DNA from: Candidatus Limnocylindrales bacterium
Lineage (GTDB): Bacteria; Chloroflexota; Limnocylindria; Limnocylindrales; CSP1-4
DNA length: 38,992 bases
Direction of reading: 5' to 3'
Assembly (NCBI GenBank): GCA_036505555.1
Contig: DASXTH010000322.1
Coordinates: forward strand, 1-38,992
The notes under the pieces are model-generated. The model had not been told where the DNA came from. It made no database searches and saw nothing but the letters and a program-made list of their open reading frames with translations. Shown in pieces: positions 26,603 through 35,781 of the stretch. A program made the position numbers and the translations under genes. Within the stretch, counting starts at the first letter, position 1. Each line of letters begins with the position of its first letter.

Positions 26603-27205
26603 CTAGACCTGGGGCGGCTCGACGGGTCGGGGACGCGCGAACCGGCCGGTCGGCGGCTCCCAGGCGGTGAACCGCGCGAGCAGCCGGTCGAGATCGTCGT
26701 CGCGGAGGAGAAGCGCGCGATGGCGTTCGGCCAGGAACCCGTCCCGGACGGCCCGGTCGAGGAACGCCTCCAGTCCCGCGAAGTAGGTGTCGACGTCCAG
26801 CAGTCCGATCGGCTTGGCATGCAGGTCGAGCTGGGCCCAGGACAGGACCTCGGCGAGCTCCTCGAGCGTGCCCAGCCCTCCTGGGAGTGTGAGGAACGCG
26901 TCGGCGAGCTCGGCCATCTGCGCCTTCCGCTCGTGGAGGTCCTCGACGATGTGGAGCTCCGTGAGGCCGGCGTGGGCAAGCTCGCGCTCGACGAGGCCGC
27001 GCGGGATCACGCCGATCACCTCGCCGCCGGCCGCGAGCGCCGCGTCGGCGACCGCGCCCATGAGCCCGAGGTGGCCGCCGCCGTACACGAGGCGGATCCC
27101 GTCTCGGGCGAGCCGCTCCCCGGTGGCGGCCGCGGCGGCCACGTAGCTCGGGTCGCGACCCGTTGCGGCCCCGCAGAAGACGCAGATCGAGCGGATCGGC
27201 GGCAC
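26603..27205 (-). CDS. LOG family protein (TIGR00730; cytokinin riboside 5'-monophosphate phosphoribohydrolase-like)
   Basis: ICVFCGA...LVYGGGHLGLMGAVA...FLTLPGGLGTLEE (PGGxGTxxE motif). GTG start at 27205. Confidence 0.9.
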   Translation of the reverse strand: MPPIRSICVFCGAATGRDPSYVAAAAATGERLARDGIRLVYGGGHLGLMGAVADAALAAGGEVIGVIPRGLVERELAHAGLTELHIVEDLHERKAQMAELADAFLTLPGGLGTLEELAEVLSWAQLDLHAKPIGLLDVDTYFAGLEAFLDRAVRDGFLAERHRALLLRDDDLDRLLARFTAWEPPTGRFARPRPVEPPQV

Positions 27206-27215
27206 CCGCGGCTCC

Positions 27216-27854
27216 CTAGAACCCGAGCTCGCGCAGGATCGGCGTCATCCGCCGGGCGGCGCGGCCGCGATGCGAGATCGCATGCTTCGCTTCGGTCGTC
27301 CACTCGCCGAAGGTTCGGCCGCCGGGCAGCTCACCCTCTGGCTCGAAGATCGGGTCGTAACCGAAGCCGTTCGTCCCGCGCGGGCTCGTCGCGATTCGGC
27401 CGCGCGTCGTGCCGCGGACGGATCGGATCGGGACGGCGGCGCGGTCCGCGGCTCCCGGGCGCGGCAGCGCGAGCGCGAGGATGCACACGTAGCGTGCGCC
27501 GCGGCGCTCCGGCGGGAGTTCGTCGAGGTCCGAGAGCAGCTTCGCGTTGTTGTCGTTGTCTGTGGCGTTCGGCCCGGCGTAGCGGCGGGTGCGGACACTA
27601 GGCCCGCCGCCGAGCGCGTCGACCTCGATCCCCGAGTCGTCGGCAAGGGTCGGCAGGCCGGTCCGCCGCGCTCCGAAGCGGGCCTTGATCCGGGCGTTCG
27701 TCAGGAACGTCGCGCCGGTTTCGTCGGGGTCGTCGGTGATCCCGAGATCGTCGAGGCTGACGAGCTCGGCGTGCTCCAGCGCGAGCAGCTCCCGCAGCTC
27801 CGCGAGCTTGTGGGCGGAGTGCGTGGCGATGAGCAGACGCGGCCGAGAGCTCAC
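27216..27854 (-). CDS. rdgB: RdgB/HAM1 non-canonical purine NTP pyrophosphatase
   Basis: LLIATHSAHKLAELREL...ETGATFLTNARIKA...ADDSGIEVDALGGGPSVRTRRY...GTNGFGYDPIF...FGEW...KHAISHRGRA. Start placed at GTG 27854, below the rph stop; the ORF is open to 28055. Confidence 0.9.
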   Translation of the reverse strand: MSSRPRLLIATHSAHKLAELRELLALEHAELVSLDDLGITDDPDETGATFLTNARIKARFGARRTGLPTLADDSGIEVDALGGGPSVRTRRYAGPNATDNDNNAKLLSDLDELPPERRGARYVCILALALPRPGAADRAAVPIRSVRGTTRGRIATSPRGTNGFGYDPIFEPEGELPGGRTFGEWTTEAKHAISHRGRAARRMTPILRELGF

Positions 27855-27906
27855 TGCCCGCCCGGCGCGCAGCCGGCGTCCAGGCGGCGCGAGGACGACG
27901 AACGGA

Positions 27907-28638
27907 TCACCGCTTGACGGTTGCCAGGATCTCGGTCTGGGCGATGAAGAGCTGCTCCAGCCCGGACGAGGCCAGGTCGATGAGCCCGTCCATCGCCGCG
28001 CGATCGAACGGGCGACCCTCGGCGGTGCCCTGGACTTCGACGAAGGTCCCGGCATCGGTGCCGACCACGTTGAAGTCGACGTCCGCCCGCGAATCCTCGC
28101 TGTAGTCGAGGTCGAGCAGCGCCTCGCCGCCGACGAGCCCGACGCTGATCGCGGCGACCTTCCCGACGAGGTGGCGATCCATCCCGTACGTGATCATCGC
28201 CGCCGCGAGCGCGACGTAGCCGCCGGTGATCGACGCGGTCCGCGTCCCGCCATCGGCCTGGAGGACGTCGCAGTCGATCGAGATCGTCCGCTCGCCGAGC
28301 TTCGTCAGGTCGACCGCGTCGCGGAGCGAGCGCCCGATCAGACGCTGGATCTCATGGGTCCGCCCGCCGAGCTTGCCCTTCACGGACTCGCGGTCGGTCC
28401 GCTCGGCGGTGGCCCGCGGCAGCATCGAGTACTCGGCGGTCACCCAGCCGGTGCCCTTCCCGCGAAGGTGAGGCGGGACGCGATCGGCGATCGTGGCCGC
28501 GCACAGGACCCGCGTGTCGCCGAAGTGGACGATGCAGGAGCCCTCGGCCCATTTCTGGACGCCGAGCTCGAACGAGACCGGGCGGAGCTGGGTGGGGAGC
28601 CGGCCGTCGGCGCGGACCTGGGGGCGGTTGCCGATCAT
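27907..28638 (-). CDS. rph: ribonuclease PH
   Basis: [13 protein letters not shown]...[16 protein letters not shown]...[14 protein letters not shown]...[16 protein letters not shown]...[18 protein letters not shown]. Near-textbook RNase PH. Its ATG overlaps the mazG stop (ATGA). Confidence 0.96.
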   Translation of the reverse strand: MIGNRPQVRADGRLPTQLRPVSFELGVQKWAEGSCIVHFGDTRVLCAATIADRVPPHLRGKGTGWVTAEYSMLPRATAERTDRESVKGKLGGRTHEIQRLIGRSLRDAVDLTKLGERTISIDCDVLQADGGTRTASITGGYVALAAAMITYGMDRHLVGKVAAISVGLVGGEALLDLDYSEDSRADVDFNVVGTDAGTFVEVQGTAEGRPFDRAAMDGLIDLASSGLEQLFIAQTEILATVKR

Positions 28639-29858
28639 CGGACGGTCTCCTTCTCTTCGGTCTTGGCGGTGTCCCAGAGCACGTCGAGCGCGGCGAAGTC
28701 GAGATCGCGCAGCTTGACGCCCTGCTCCGCCGCCTGGCGCTCGACGCTGGCAAACCGGCGTCGGAACTTCTCATTCGCCGCGCGCAGCGCGGCCTCGGCC
28801 TCGATCCCCTGCCAGCGGGCGACGTTGACCAGGACGAACAGGAGGTCGCCGTACTCCTCGGCCTGCTCGGCGGGCGTCGCGGCCGCCCGCAGCTCCGCGA
28901 GCTCCTCGTGGACCTTGTCGAGGACGCCCTCGATCGTCGGCCACTCGTAGCCGATGTTCGCCGCGCGTTCCTGCATCTCCTGACTGGCCGCGAGGGCGGG
29001 CAGGATCCGGCTGACGCCGTCGAGCGCGCCCTTGGGCGGCTTCGCGCCCTGTTCCGCCGTCGGGCCGTCCAAGGCATCGGCGCGCTCCTCGGCCTTGATC
29101 CGCTCCCATTGGCGGTTCACATCGGTCGCGGTCCGTGCCTCGGCGTCGCCGAACACGTGGGGGTGGCGACGGACGATCTTCGAGGCGATCGCCGCGTTCA
29201 CGTCGGTCAGGTCGAAGACGCCGGCCTCGGCCGCCAGCTGGGCGTGGAGGACGACCTGGAGGAGCAGGTCGCCGAGCTCCTCGGCGAGGGCCGGCGTGGC
29301 GCCGGCGGCGAGGGCGTCGTAGACCTCGTACGCCTCCTCGAGCAGATGGTTCCGGAGCGACTCGTGGGTCTGTTCCCGATCCCACGGGCAGCCGTCCGGC
29401 AGCCGCAGGCGAAACGAGATCCACGGCATCGCCCACGGGCTCGCGACCGCACGCTCCGGCGCGACCGGCCCGAGATAGATCGGGCCGCCAAGGACGTCCA
29501 TCGCGAGCGCGCCGACCGTCGCACCCTCGGCTGCCCCGAACCGGCCGACCGGATGATCGGCCGGGTAGAGCCGGCGCAGGAGCGCCACCGCGTCGTCGCC
29601 CGGATGGCCGTGACGCCCGGGCAGCGCGCTCCCGGCGGCGGACCCGGCCGCAGCCGTGTCGGGCGCGCCGCCACGCGCCGGCACGGACCGCGACGCCGCC
29701 GTCGCATCGATCCGAAGCACGGCCGCAGGGACGATCAGCGCCGGCCGCGACGGCTCCAGCGGGGTCCCCGCCAGATGCTCCGCGGCGATCACCTGGAGCC
29801 CCGCCGCGAGGTCGAGCCCCCAGCGGAGTCGTGCCTCGGCGACGAGCGCGTCGAGCAC
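28635..29858 (-). CDS. mazG: MazG nucleoside triphosphate pyrophosphohydrolase with an extended N-terminal region
   Basis: Tandem MazG repeats: [27 protein letters not shown]...[14 protein letters not shown] and ...VHEELAELR...[15 protein letters not shown]. The roughly 150-aa N-terminal region resembles a remnant of the YabN-type methylase half. GTG start at 29858. Confidence 0.88.
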   Translation of the reverse strand: MLDALVAEARLRWGLDLAAGLQVIAAEHLAGTPLEPSRPALIVPAAVLRIDATAASRSVPARGGAPDTAAAGSAAGSALPGRHGHPGDDAVALLRRLYPADHPVGRFGAAEGATVGALAMDVLGGPIYLGPVAPERAVASPWAMPWISFRLRLPDGCPWDREQTHESLRNHLLEEAYEVYDALAAGATPALAEELGDLLLQVVLHAQLAAEAGVFDLTDVNAAIASKIVRRHPHVFGDAEARTATDVNRQWERIKAEERADALDGPTAEQGAKPPKGALDGVSRILPALAASQEMQERAANIGYEWPTIEGVLDKVHEELAELRAAATPAEQAEEYGDLLFVLVNVARWQGIEAEAALRAANEKFRRRFASVERQAAEQGVKLRDLDFAALDVLWDTAKTEEKETVR

Positions 29859-29870
29859 CGTGGATCGACC

Positions 29871-31601
29871 CTAGCTGGCGCTGGCGAGCAGGTCGCGGGT
29901 GACGGTGACCGCGGCCTTCTTGCCGCGGTACCAGTTGTCGAACGCGTCCGACTTGATCGTCGCGAGCTGATCCGTGTCCGGGACGGCGGTCTTCTCGGCG
30001 ACGACCTTGAACAGGTACAGGCCGTCGTCCTTGAGGTCGATGATGTCCGTGAACGAGCCGGCCGGCGTCGCGAGAATCTTCTCCATCAGCCGGTCGTCGA
30101 GTTGACCCTGTCCGACCCAGCCGAGATCGCCGCCCTTGCCCGCCTTCGGACCTTCGGAGAAGTCCCGGATCAGTTGCCCGAAGTCCGCTCCGGGCTCCTG
30201 GGCCTGCGTCTTCAGCTTGGTCATCTCATCGATGTCCGGCGGCGCGTACATGATCTGGACGATGTGCCAGCCGAAGGAGCTCTTGAACGGCGGCAGGAGA
30301 TCGCCCGGCTTGACGCCCTCCTTGAAGATCTCCGCCGCAAACGCCTGGTCGAGCTGGCTGGTGGGATCGACGTACGGCAGCTTGCCGCCGGTCCCATCGT
30401 CGCCGAGATCGCCCGACTCGTCGCTTTCCGTCCGGGCGAGGATGTCGAACTGCTTCGGATCGGCCTGGATCTTCGCGTAGGCCGCCCGCGCCGAGAGCTC
30501 CGCCTGGGACCAGGTCGGGTCGTCCGACGGCACCGCGCCGGCCCCGCTCGGATCGTCCTTGGGCGAGTACAGGATGTGGCGGACCTTGATCGCGCCCTGG
30601 CCCGGCGTCGTCTCCGGGGCCCTGATGTAGAGCTCCTGGACCTGCTTCTGGGGCCCTTCCTTGCTCGCGTCGGCGACGATCTTGTCGCCGAGGGTCGTCC
30701 GGGTGACCTCGCTCGTGACGGCCGCGCGATAGGCCTCCTGGCTGATCTTCGCCTCGGCCAGCTTCTGGTCCCAAAGCGGGTCCACTTCCGCCGGCGCGAT
30801 CTCCGTGACTCGGCCGATCCGGTACGTGCCGTCGGCACCGAGGATCACGTCGGTGAGCCCGTTCGCGTCGAGCTTGAACAGCGCGGCCTGCCAATCGGGG
30901 TCTTCGGAAGCGGTGTCGTCGATCCAGCCGAGGTCGCCGCCGGCCGCCGCCGTCGAGTCGCCGGACGTGGCCTTGGCGACCTCCTCGAACGTCTTGCCGC
31001 CTTTGATCTGGGTGAGCGCGCCGTCGGCCTTCAGCTTCGCGGCCGCCTTCTGCGCATCGGTCGGATCGGTCTTGTCCTTGTCGACCTCGGGCTTGACCGA
31101 GATCAGCCAGACGTGGCGCTCTTCCTTGCGCGTTCGTTCCTCGAGGATCCGGGCGTCGACCTGCTCGGGCGTGATGACGATGCCCATCTCGGCCGCGAGC
31201 TGCGCCTGGAGCTTCGTGTCGATCAGCTTCTCGATGATCCGCGTGCTGAACCCGAGCTGGCGATCGTCCAGCTGGTTGTTGATCGCACTGATCCGGGCCT
31301 CGGCCTGGGCGGACGTGAGCCGGCCGGCGTCGAGCTCCGCGGTGACCCGGCCGCCGAGCTGGCGGAGGCGGAACGCCTCGACGTTCGCCCGTTCCACGAA
31401 CTGGTCCTTCGTGATCGTCTGGCCGTTGACGGTCGCAGCGGCCGCGAGGTGGGTGCCATACCAGCTCGTCGCGAGGACGATCACGAGGATGAGGATGGCG
31501 ACGAGGACGGTGATGCCGAACGCAACGTTCATGTAGAGCGTCCGACGGTTCGGGTCGCGGCTCGATCGCCCGCGATCGACGGGCCTGACTCGGATGGTCA
31601 T
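29871..31601 (-). CDS. membrane-anchored PpiC/parvulin-type peptidyl-prolyl isomerase (SurA/PrsA-like, multiple parvulin-like repeats)
   Basis: ATG 31601 (MTIRVRP...), a TM anchor (VAFGITVLVAILILVIVLATSW) and a chaperone-like region. Parvulin blocks include VRHILY...GGKLPYV...FGWHIVQI and two GGDLGW-containing repeats. Confidence 0.85.
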   Translation of the reverse strand: MTIRVRPVDRGRSSRDPNRRTLYMNVAFGITVLVAILILVIVLATSWYGTHLAAAATVNGQTITKDQFVERANVEAFRLRQLGGRVTAELDAGRLTSAQAEARISAINNQLDDRQLGFSTRIIEKLIDTKLQAQLAAEMGIVITPEQVDARILEERTRKEERHVWLISVKPEVDKDKTDPTDAQKAAAKLKADGALTQIKGGKTFEEVAKATSGDSTAAAGGDLGWIDDTASEDPDWQAALFKLDANGLTDVILGADGTYRIGRVTEIAPAEVDPLWDQKLAEAKISQEAYRAAVTSEVTRTTLGDKIVADASKEGPQKQVQELYIRAPETTPGQGAIKVRHILYSPKDDPSGAGAVPSDDPTWSQAELSARAAYAKIQADPKQFDILARTESDESGDLGDDGTGGKLPYVDPTSQLDQAFAAEIFKEGVKPGDLLPPFKSSFGWHIVQIMYAPPDIDEMTKLKTQAQEPGADFGQLIRDFSEGPKAGKGGDLGWVGQGQLDDRLMEKILATPAGSFTDIIDLKDDGLYLFKVVAEKTAVPDTDQLATIKSDAFDNWYRGKKAAVTVTRDLLASAS

Positions 31602-31725
31602 GGGGGAATGCGGTTCCTGAACAGGGAGGATGGACGGCCGGAAGCGGCCGGACGGGCCGGTATCGTACTCTATGTGCCCGCCGGCTCCCCGGAGACGGTC
31701 GCGTGGGCGCGCCCACTGACACTCG

Positions 31726-31739
31726 GGCAGGCGCCTGCC
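31726..31739. promoter_or_regulatory. perfect 14-bp palindrome GGCAGGCGCCTGCC just upstream of the sugar-operon SD
   Basis: Self-complementary over all 14 nt. It ends 4 nt before GGAGGA (31744-31749). Candidate dimeric-regulator operator. Confidence 0.35.
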
Positions 31740-31743
31740 ATCA

Positions 31744-31749
31744 GGAGGA
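31744..31749 (+). promoter_or_regulatory. Shine-Dalgarno GGAGGA serving a non-canonical ATC start at 31756
   Basis: Perfect SD, then a 6-nt spacer (cacccg), then an in-frame ATC 10 codons before the ILVTGGSGTIGS Rossmann motif. Confidence 0.55.
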
Positions 31750-31755
31750 CACCCG

Positions 31756-32808
31756 ATCACCGCCAGCGCATCGTTCCGCGGCCAACGGATCCTCGTCACC
31801 GGCGGTTCGGGCACGATCGGGTCCCGCCTCGTCGACCATCTCCTCGGTCTCGAGCCGGAGGTCATCCGGGTCTTCGGCCGCGACGAGACGAAGCAGTTCT
31901 ATCAGCGCCAGCGTCTGCGCGACCGAGCCAACGTCCGGTTCCTGATCGGCGACATCCGCGATCGCGATCGCCTGGTCCGGGCGATGGACGGCATCGACAC
32001 CGTGTTCCACTGCGCGGCCCTGAAGCACGTCGAGTCGGGCGAGTTCAATCCGTTCGAGGCGACTCAGACGAACGTCGCCGGGACCCAGAACGTCATCGAC
32101 GCGAGCCTGGCGGCCGGGGTCGGGACGATGGTCCTCACCTCGTCGGACAAAGCGGCGAACCCGACGTCGGTCATGGGCGCGTCGAAGCTCCTCGCCGAGA
32201 AGCTCGTCAGCGCGGCCACGAACTATCGCGGGTCGCGCTCGACGCGGTTCGCGAGCGTTCGCTTCGGCAACGTCCTGGGCTCCCGTGGATCGGCGCTCGA
32301 CCTGTTCTTCCGCCAGATCGCCGCGGGCGGCCCGGTGACCGTGACCGACCCGACGATGACCCGGTTCGTGATGACGACCGACCGAGCGGTCGATCTCGCG
32401 ATCCGAGCGGCCGGGCTCGCCCGGGGTGGCGAGGTCTTCGTCTTCAAGATGCCGACGGCGCGGCTATCCGATCTCGTCGCGGCGGCGATCGACGTCGTCG
32501 CGCCTGCTCACGGCCTGGATCCGGCGACGATTTCGACCGAGACGATCGAGCCGCGGCCGGGCGAGAAGGCCTACGAGGAGCTGATGACCGCGGACGAGTC
32601 GACCCGCGCCCGCGACATCGGCGAGATGTTCGCGGTCCTGCCGTCGATCGAGTCGCAGCCGCACGTGATCGAGGCGTACCGCGACGCGGAGCCGGCGCCG
32701 GTCGGCGCCTTCCGCTCCGACGCCACCGAGACGATGTCGTTCGAAGCGGTCCGAGCCCTGGTCGCGGAGACCTACGCCGCGGACCGCGAGCTCCGGGAGC
32801 AGCGGTGA
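31756..32808 (+). CDS. UDP-N-acetylglucosamine 4,6-dehydratase family protein (PseB/CapD/FlaA1-like), apparent ATC start
   Basis: RILVTGGSGTIGSRLV, FHCAALKHVESGEFNPFEATQTNVAGTQNV, TSSDKAANPTSVMGASKLLAEK, RFGNVLGSRGS and PGEKAYEEL. In frame, the region is open from 31720 and has no ATG/GTG/TTG before 31984, although the NAD-binding motif lies at 31789-31830. Confidence 0.8.
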   Translation: MTASASFRGQRILVTGGSGTIGSRLVDHLLGLEPEVIRVFGRDETKQFYQRQRLRDRANVRFLIGDIRDRDRLVRAMDGIDTVFHCAALKHVESGEFNPFEATQTNVAGTQNVIDASLAAGVGTMVLTSSDKAANPTSVMGASKLLAEKLVSAATNYRGSRSTRFASVRFGNVLGSRGSALDLFFRQIAAGGPVTVTDPTMTRFVMTTDRAVDLAIRAAGLARGGEVFVFKMPTARLSDLVAAAIDVVAPAHGLDPATISTETIEPRPGEKAYEELMTADESTRARDIGEMFAVLPSIESQPHVIEAYRDAEPAPVGAFRSDATETMSFEAVRALVAETYAADRELREQR

Positions 32809-33761
32809 GGGTCCTGGTCACGGGGGCGGCCGGGTTCATCGGCCGTTGGGTCGTCGGCGAGCTGCTCGCCCGCGGCCACACGGTTCTCCCGATCGACAGC
32901 CTCGTCGCCGGCGACGAGACGAACCTCGCCGAATTCACCGGCCACCCGGACCTCCTCCCGTTCGAGCAGGGCGACGTCCGCGACGCGGATGCGTGCCGGC
33001 GCTGGACGGCCGGGGTCGATGCGGTCGCCCATCTCGCGGCTTCGATCTCCGTCCAGGACTCGATCGACGACCCGTCGACCACGTTCGAGAACGACGTCGT
33101 CGGGACGTTCCAGATCCTCGAGGGTGCGCGGGCGTCCGGGGCCCGGGTGCTCTTCATGAGCACGTGCATGGTCTACGACCGGGCGACGACGCCCGAGGGG
33201 ATCTCCGAGACGCACCCGACGAAGCCGGCCTCGCCATACGCGGCATCGAAGCTCGCCGGCGAGGCGCTGACGCTTTCGTACTTCCACGCCTACGGGCTGC
33301 CGACGACGGTCGTCCGGCCGTTCAACACGTACGGGCCGTTCCAGCGCTCGGTCGGCGAGGGCGGGGTCGTCGCGATCTTCAACCGGCTGTCGCTTCTGGG
33401 CGAGCCGCTCCGGATCTACGGCGACGGAACGCAGACGCGGGACCTGCTCTACGCCTCGGACTGCGCGCGGTTCGTGTGCGACGCGCTGCTCGCGGACGCG
33501 GCGACCGGGCGGATCCTGAACGCCGGGACGGGCCACGACGTGAGCGTCAACGACCTGGCGGCGCTCGTCGAGCCTGACCCGGCGAAGATCGTCCACGTCG
33601 AGCACATCCATCCGCAGAGCGAGATCGCGGTGCTGCGCTGCGATTCGCGCCAGGCGGAGCGGGTCCTGGGCTGGCGGCCGGCGGTCGGTCTCGAGGATGG
33701 GATCGGCCGGGTTCGCGCCTGGATCGCCGACCGGATGGCCTCGGGGATCCCGATCCGATGA
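32805..33761 (+). CDS. NAD-dependent epimerase/dehydratase (extended SDR)
   Basis: GTG 32805 overlaps the upstream stop (GTGA). VLVTGAAGFIGRWV, HLAASISVQDS, ASPYAASKLAGE (YxxxK) and RPFNTYGP. Confidence 0.85.
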   Translation: MRVLVTGAAGFIGRWVVGELLARGHTVLPIDSLVAGDETNLAEFTGHPDLLPFEQGDVRDADACRRWTAGVDAVAHLAASISVQDSIDDPSTTFENDVVGTFQILEGARASGARVLFMSTCMVYDRATTPEGISETHPTKPASPYAASKLAGEALTLSYFHAYGLPTTVVRPFNTYGPFQRSVGEGGVVAIFNRLSLLGEPLRIYGDGTQTRDLLYASDCARFVCDALLADAATGRILNAGTGHDVSVNDLAALVEPDPAKIVHVEHIHPQSEIAVLRCDSRQAERVLGWRPAVGLEDGIGRVRAWIADRMASGIPIR

Positions 33762-34960
33762 CCGGCTCCACGACAGCCCGCCTGGCGATCGACGGCGGCG
33801 AGCCGGTCCGCTCGACGCTCCTCCCCTACGCCCGCCAGTCGATCGACGACGACGATGTCGCCGCGGTCACCGCGGCCCTTCGCTCGGACTGGCTGACGAC
33901 CGGGCCGCGCGTCCCGGCCTTCGAGCGCGAGCTCGCCGCGTTCACCGGCGCCCGCCACGCCGTGGCGTTCAGCTCCGGGACGGCGGCGCTCCACGGGGCG
34001 GCGGCCGCCGCCGGTCTGGGCCCGGGCGACGAGGCGATCACGACGCCGATGACCTTCGTCGCGACCGCGAACTGCGTCGTCTACGTTGGCGCCGAGCCGC
34101 GGTTCGCCGACATCGATCCGGGCACGCTGCTCATCCGCCCCGAGGCCGTCGCGGCCGCGATCACCGAGCGGACGAAGGCGATCCTGCCGGTCGACTATGC
34201 CGGCCAGCCGGCCGACTACCCCGCCCTCCGCGCGATCGCGGACGCGGCACCGGGCGGGCCAGTGACGGTCATCGCCGACGCGTCCCATTCGCTGGGTGCC
34301 ACGCTGGACCGCCGGCCCGTCGGGACCCTTGCGGACATGACGGTCCTGAGCCTCCATCCCGCGAAGATCCTGACCACGGGCGAGGGCGGCGCCGTGCTGA
34401 CCGATCGCGACGATCTCGCGGACCGGCTGCGCCGGTTCCGGAACCACGGGATCGCGACCGAGCTCGCCGCGCGCCGCGACTGGACCTACGACATGGTCGA
34501 GCTCGGCTACAACTACCGGCTCACCGACATCGGAGCCGCGCTCGGCGCGAGCCAGCTGGCCCGCGTCGAGACGTTCCTCGCAACGCGCCGCCGGCTCGCC
34601 GCCCGCTACCTGGACCGCCTGACCGGCCACGAGCTGCTCGATCCGCCTGTCGTCGCGCCGGGGGCAGACCCGGCATGGCACTTCGCGTTCGTCCAACTCC
34701 GGCTCGACCGGCTGCGGGTCGATCGCGGCGAGGTGTTCCGGGCGATGCGCGCGGAGGGGATCGGCGTGAACGTCCACTACATCCCGGTCCACCGCCACTC
34801 GTTCTACCGCGAGCGATTCCCCGGCGTGTCGATGCCGGTTGCGGAGGCGGCCTACGACCGGCTGCTGACGGTCCCGCTCTTCGCGGGGATGACGATCGAC
34901 GACGTCGACGACGTCGTCGCCGCGCTCGACAAGGTGACGACCGCCTACCGGGCGGACTGA
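33758..34960 (+). CDS. pseC: DegT/DnrJ/EryC1 aminotransferase, PseC-type (UDP-4-amino-4,6-dideoxy-HexNAc transaminase)
   Basis: ATGA overlap with the upstream gene. LPYARQSIDDDDVAAVTAALRSDWLTTGPRV, AVAFSSGTAALH, SLHPAKILTTGEGG (PLP-Lys), FRNHGI and GYNYRLTDI. Confidence 0.8.
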   Translation: MTGSTTARLAIDGGEPVRSTLLPYARQSIDDDDVAAVTAALRSDWLTTGPRVPAFERELAAFTGARHAVAFSSGTAALHGAAAAAGLGPGDEAITTPMTFVATANCVVYVGAEPRFADIDPGTLLIRPEAVAAAITERTKAILPVDYAGQPADYPALRAIADAAPGGPVTVIADASHSLGATLDRRPVGTLADMTVLSLHPAKILTTGEGGAVLTDRDDLADRLRRFRNHGIATELAARRDWTYDMVELGYNYRLTDIGAALGASQLARVETFLATRRRLAARYLDRLTGHELLDPPVVAPGADPAWHFAFVQLRLDRLRVDRGEVFRAMRAEGIGVNVHYIPVHRHSFYRERFPGVSMPVAEAAYDRLLTVPLFAGMTIDDVDDVVAALDKVTTAYRAD

Positions 34961-34968
34961 GTCGCGCG

Positions 34969-35781
34969 ATGCGGACCGTCGCCGTCATCCAGGCGCGGAT
35001 GGGCTCGACCCGGCTGCCGGGCAAGGTCGTGGAGCTGATCCATGGCCGCCCGCTCGTGCTGTGGACCGTGGCCGCCGTCGCGGCCGTGCCGGGCCTCGAC
35101 GATCTCGTCGTCGCGACCACGGACCGCCCCGACGACGACGCGTTCGCCGACCTCCTCCGCTCCCGCGGGATCCGCGTCCACCGCGGCTCCGCGCTCGACG
35201 TCCTGGCGCGGGTCGTCGACGCGGTCGGCCCCCTCGAGCCGGACGTCGTCCTCCGCCAGACCGGCGACAACCCGTTCCCGGACCCCGACATCATGGCCGC
35301 CCAGGTCGCACCGGTCGTCGACGGCACGTTCGATTACGTGGGGATCGCCGGGCTGCCGCTCGGGATCGGGGCGGAGGCCGTCCGCGCGTCGGCGCTCGAC
35401 GCCGCGGGCCGCGAAGCCGAGACCGCCGCCGAGCGGGAGCACGTCCTGCCCTTCGTCTATGCTCGACCGGACCGGTTCGCGATCGGATCGCTGGCCGAGC
35501 CGCCGGGTTGGCGTCACCCTCGCTACACGGTCGACACCGCGGCCGACCTCGCCTTCGCTCGATCGCTGGCCCAGCACCTGCCCGACGGCGAGCGCCCGCC
35601 GCGGCTGGCGGAACTGGAGGCGATCATCGCGGGTCACCCAGAGCTGGATGCGATGAACCGGGGCGTCGACCAGCGCGGCCACCAGGAGGCCGAGCTGGCC
35701 GCGGAGGCGGCACGCGATGCGCGGGTCGCACGCTCGGGCGCTGCGGACCACGGCGGCACCAGGAACCCGGAGGAGCGCTGA
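34969..35781 (+). CDS. SpsF-type cytidylyltransferase (CTP_transf_3; candidate CMP-nonulosonate synthetase)
   Basis: VAVIQARMGSTRLPGKVVELIHGRPLV is the SpsF/acylneuraminate cytidylyltransferase N-terminal signature. It is the real C-terminal part of the 694-aa track ORF. Confidence 0.75.
   Translation: MRTVAVIQARMGSTRLPGKVVELIHGRPLVLWTVAAVAAVPGLDDLVVATTDRPDDDAFADLLRSRGIRVHRGSALDVLARVVDAVGPLEPDVVLRQTGDNPFPDPDIMAAQVAPVVDGTFDYVGIAGLPLGIGAEAVRASALDAAGREAETAAEREHVLPFVYARPDRFAIGSLAEPPGWRHPRYTVDTAADLAFARSLAQHLPDGERPPRLAELEAIIAGHPELDAMNRGVDQRGHQEAELAAEAARDARVARSGAADHGGTRNPEER

Noticed and set aside
28908-33761. 1617-aa ORF on the plus strand
   Set aside because: For about 3.9 kb it runs antisense to clearly real minus-strand genes (mazG and the PPIase) and out of frame through the dehydratase gene, giving Arg/Gly/Asp/Pro-rich nonsense. 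Only the last 318 codons (from GTG 32805) form a recognisable SDR protein. This is a typical GC-rich shadow ORF.
33697-35781. 694-aa ORF on the plus strand
   Set aside because: The first about 424 codons overlap the PseC-type aminotransferase in another frame and are Arg/Pro-rich. Only the part from ATG 34969 (the SpsF-type cytidylyltransferase) looks real.
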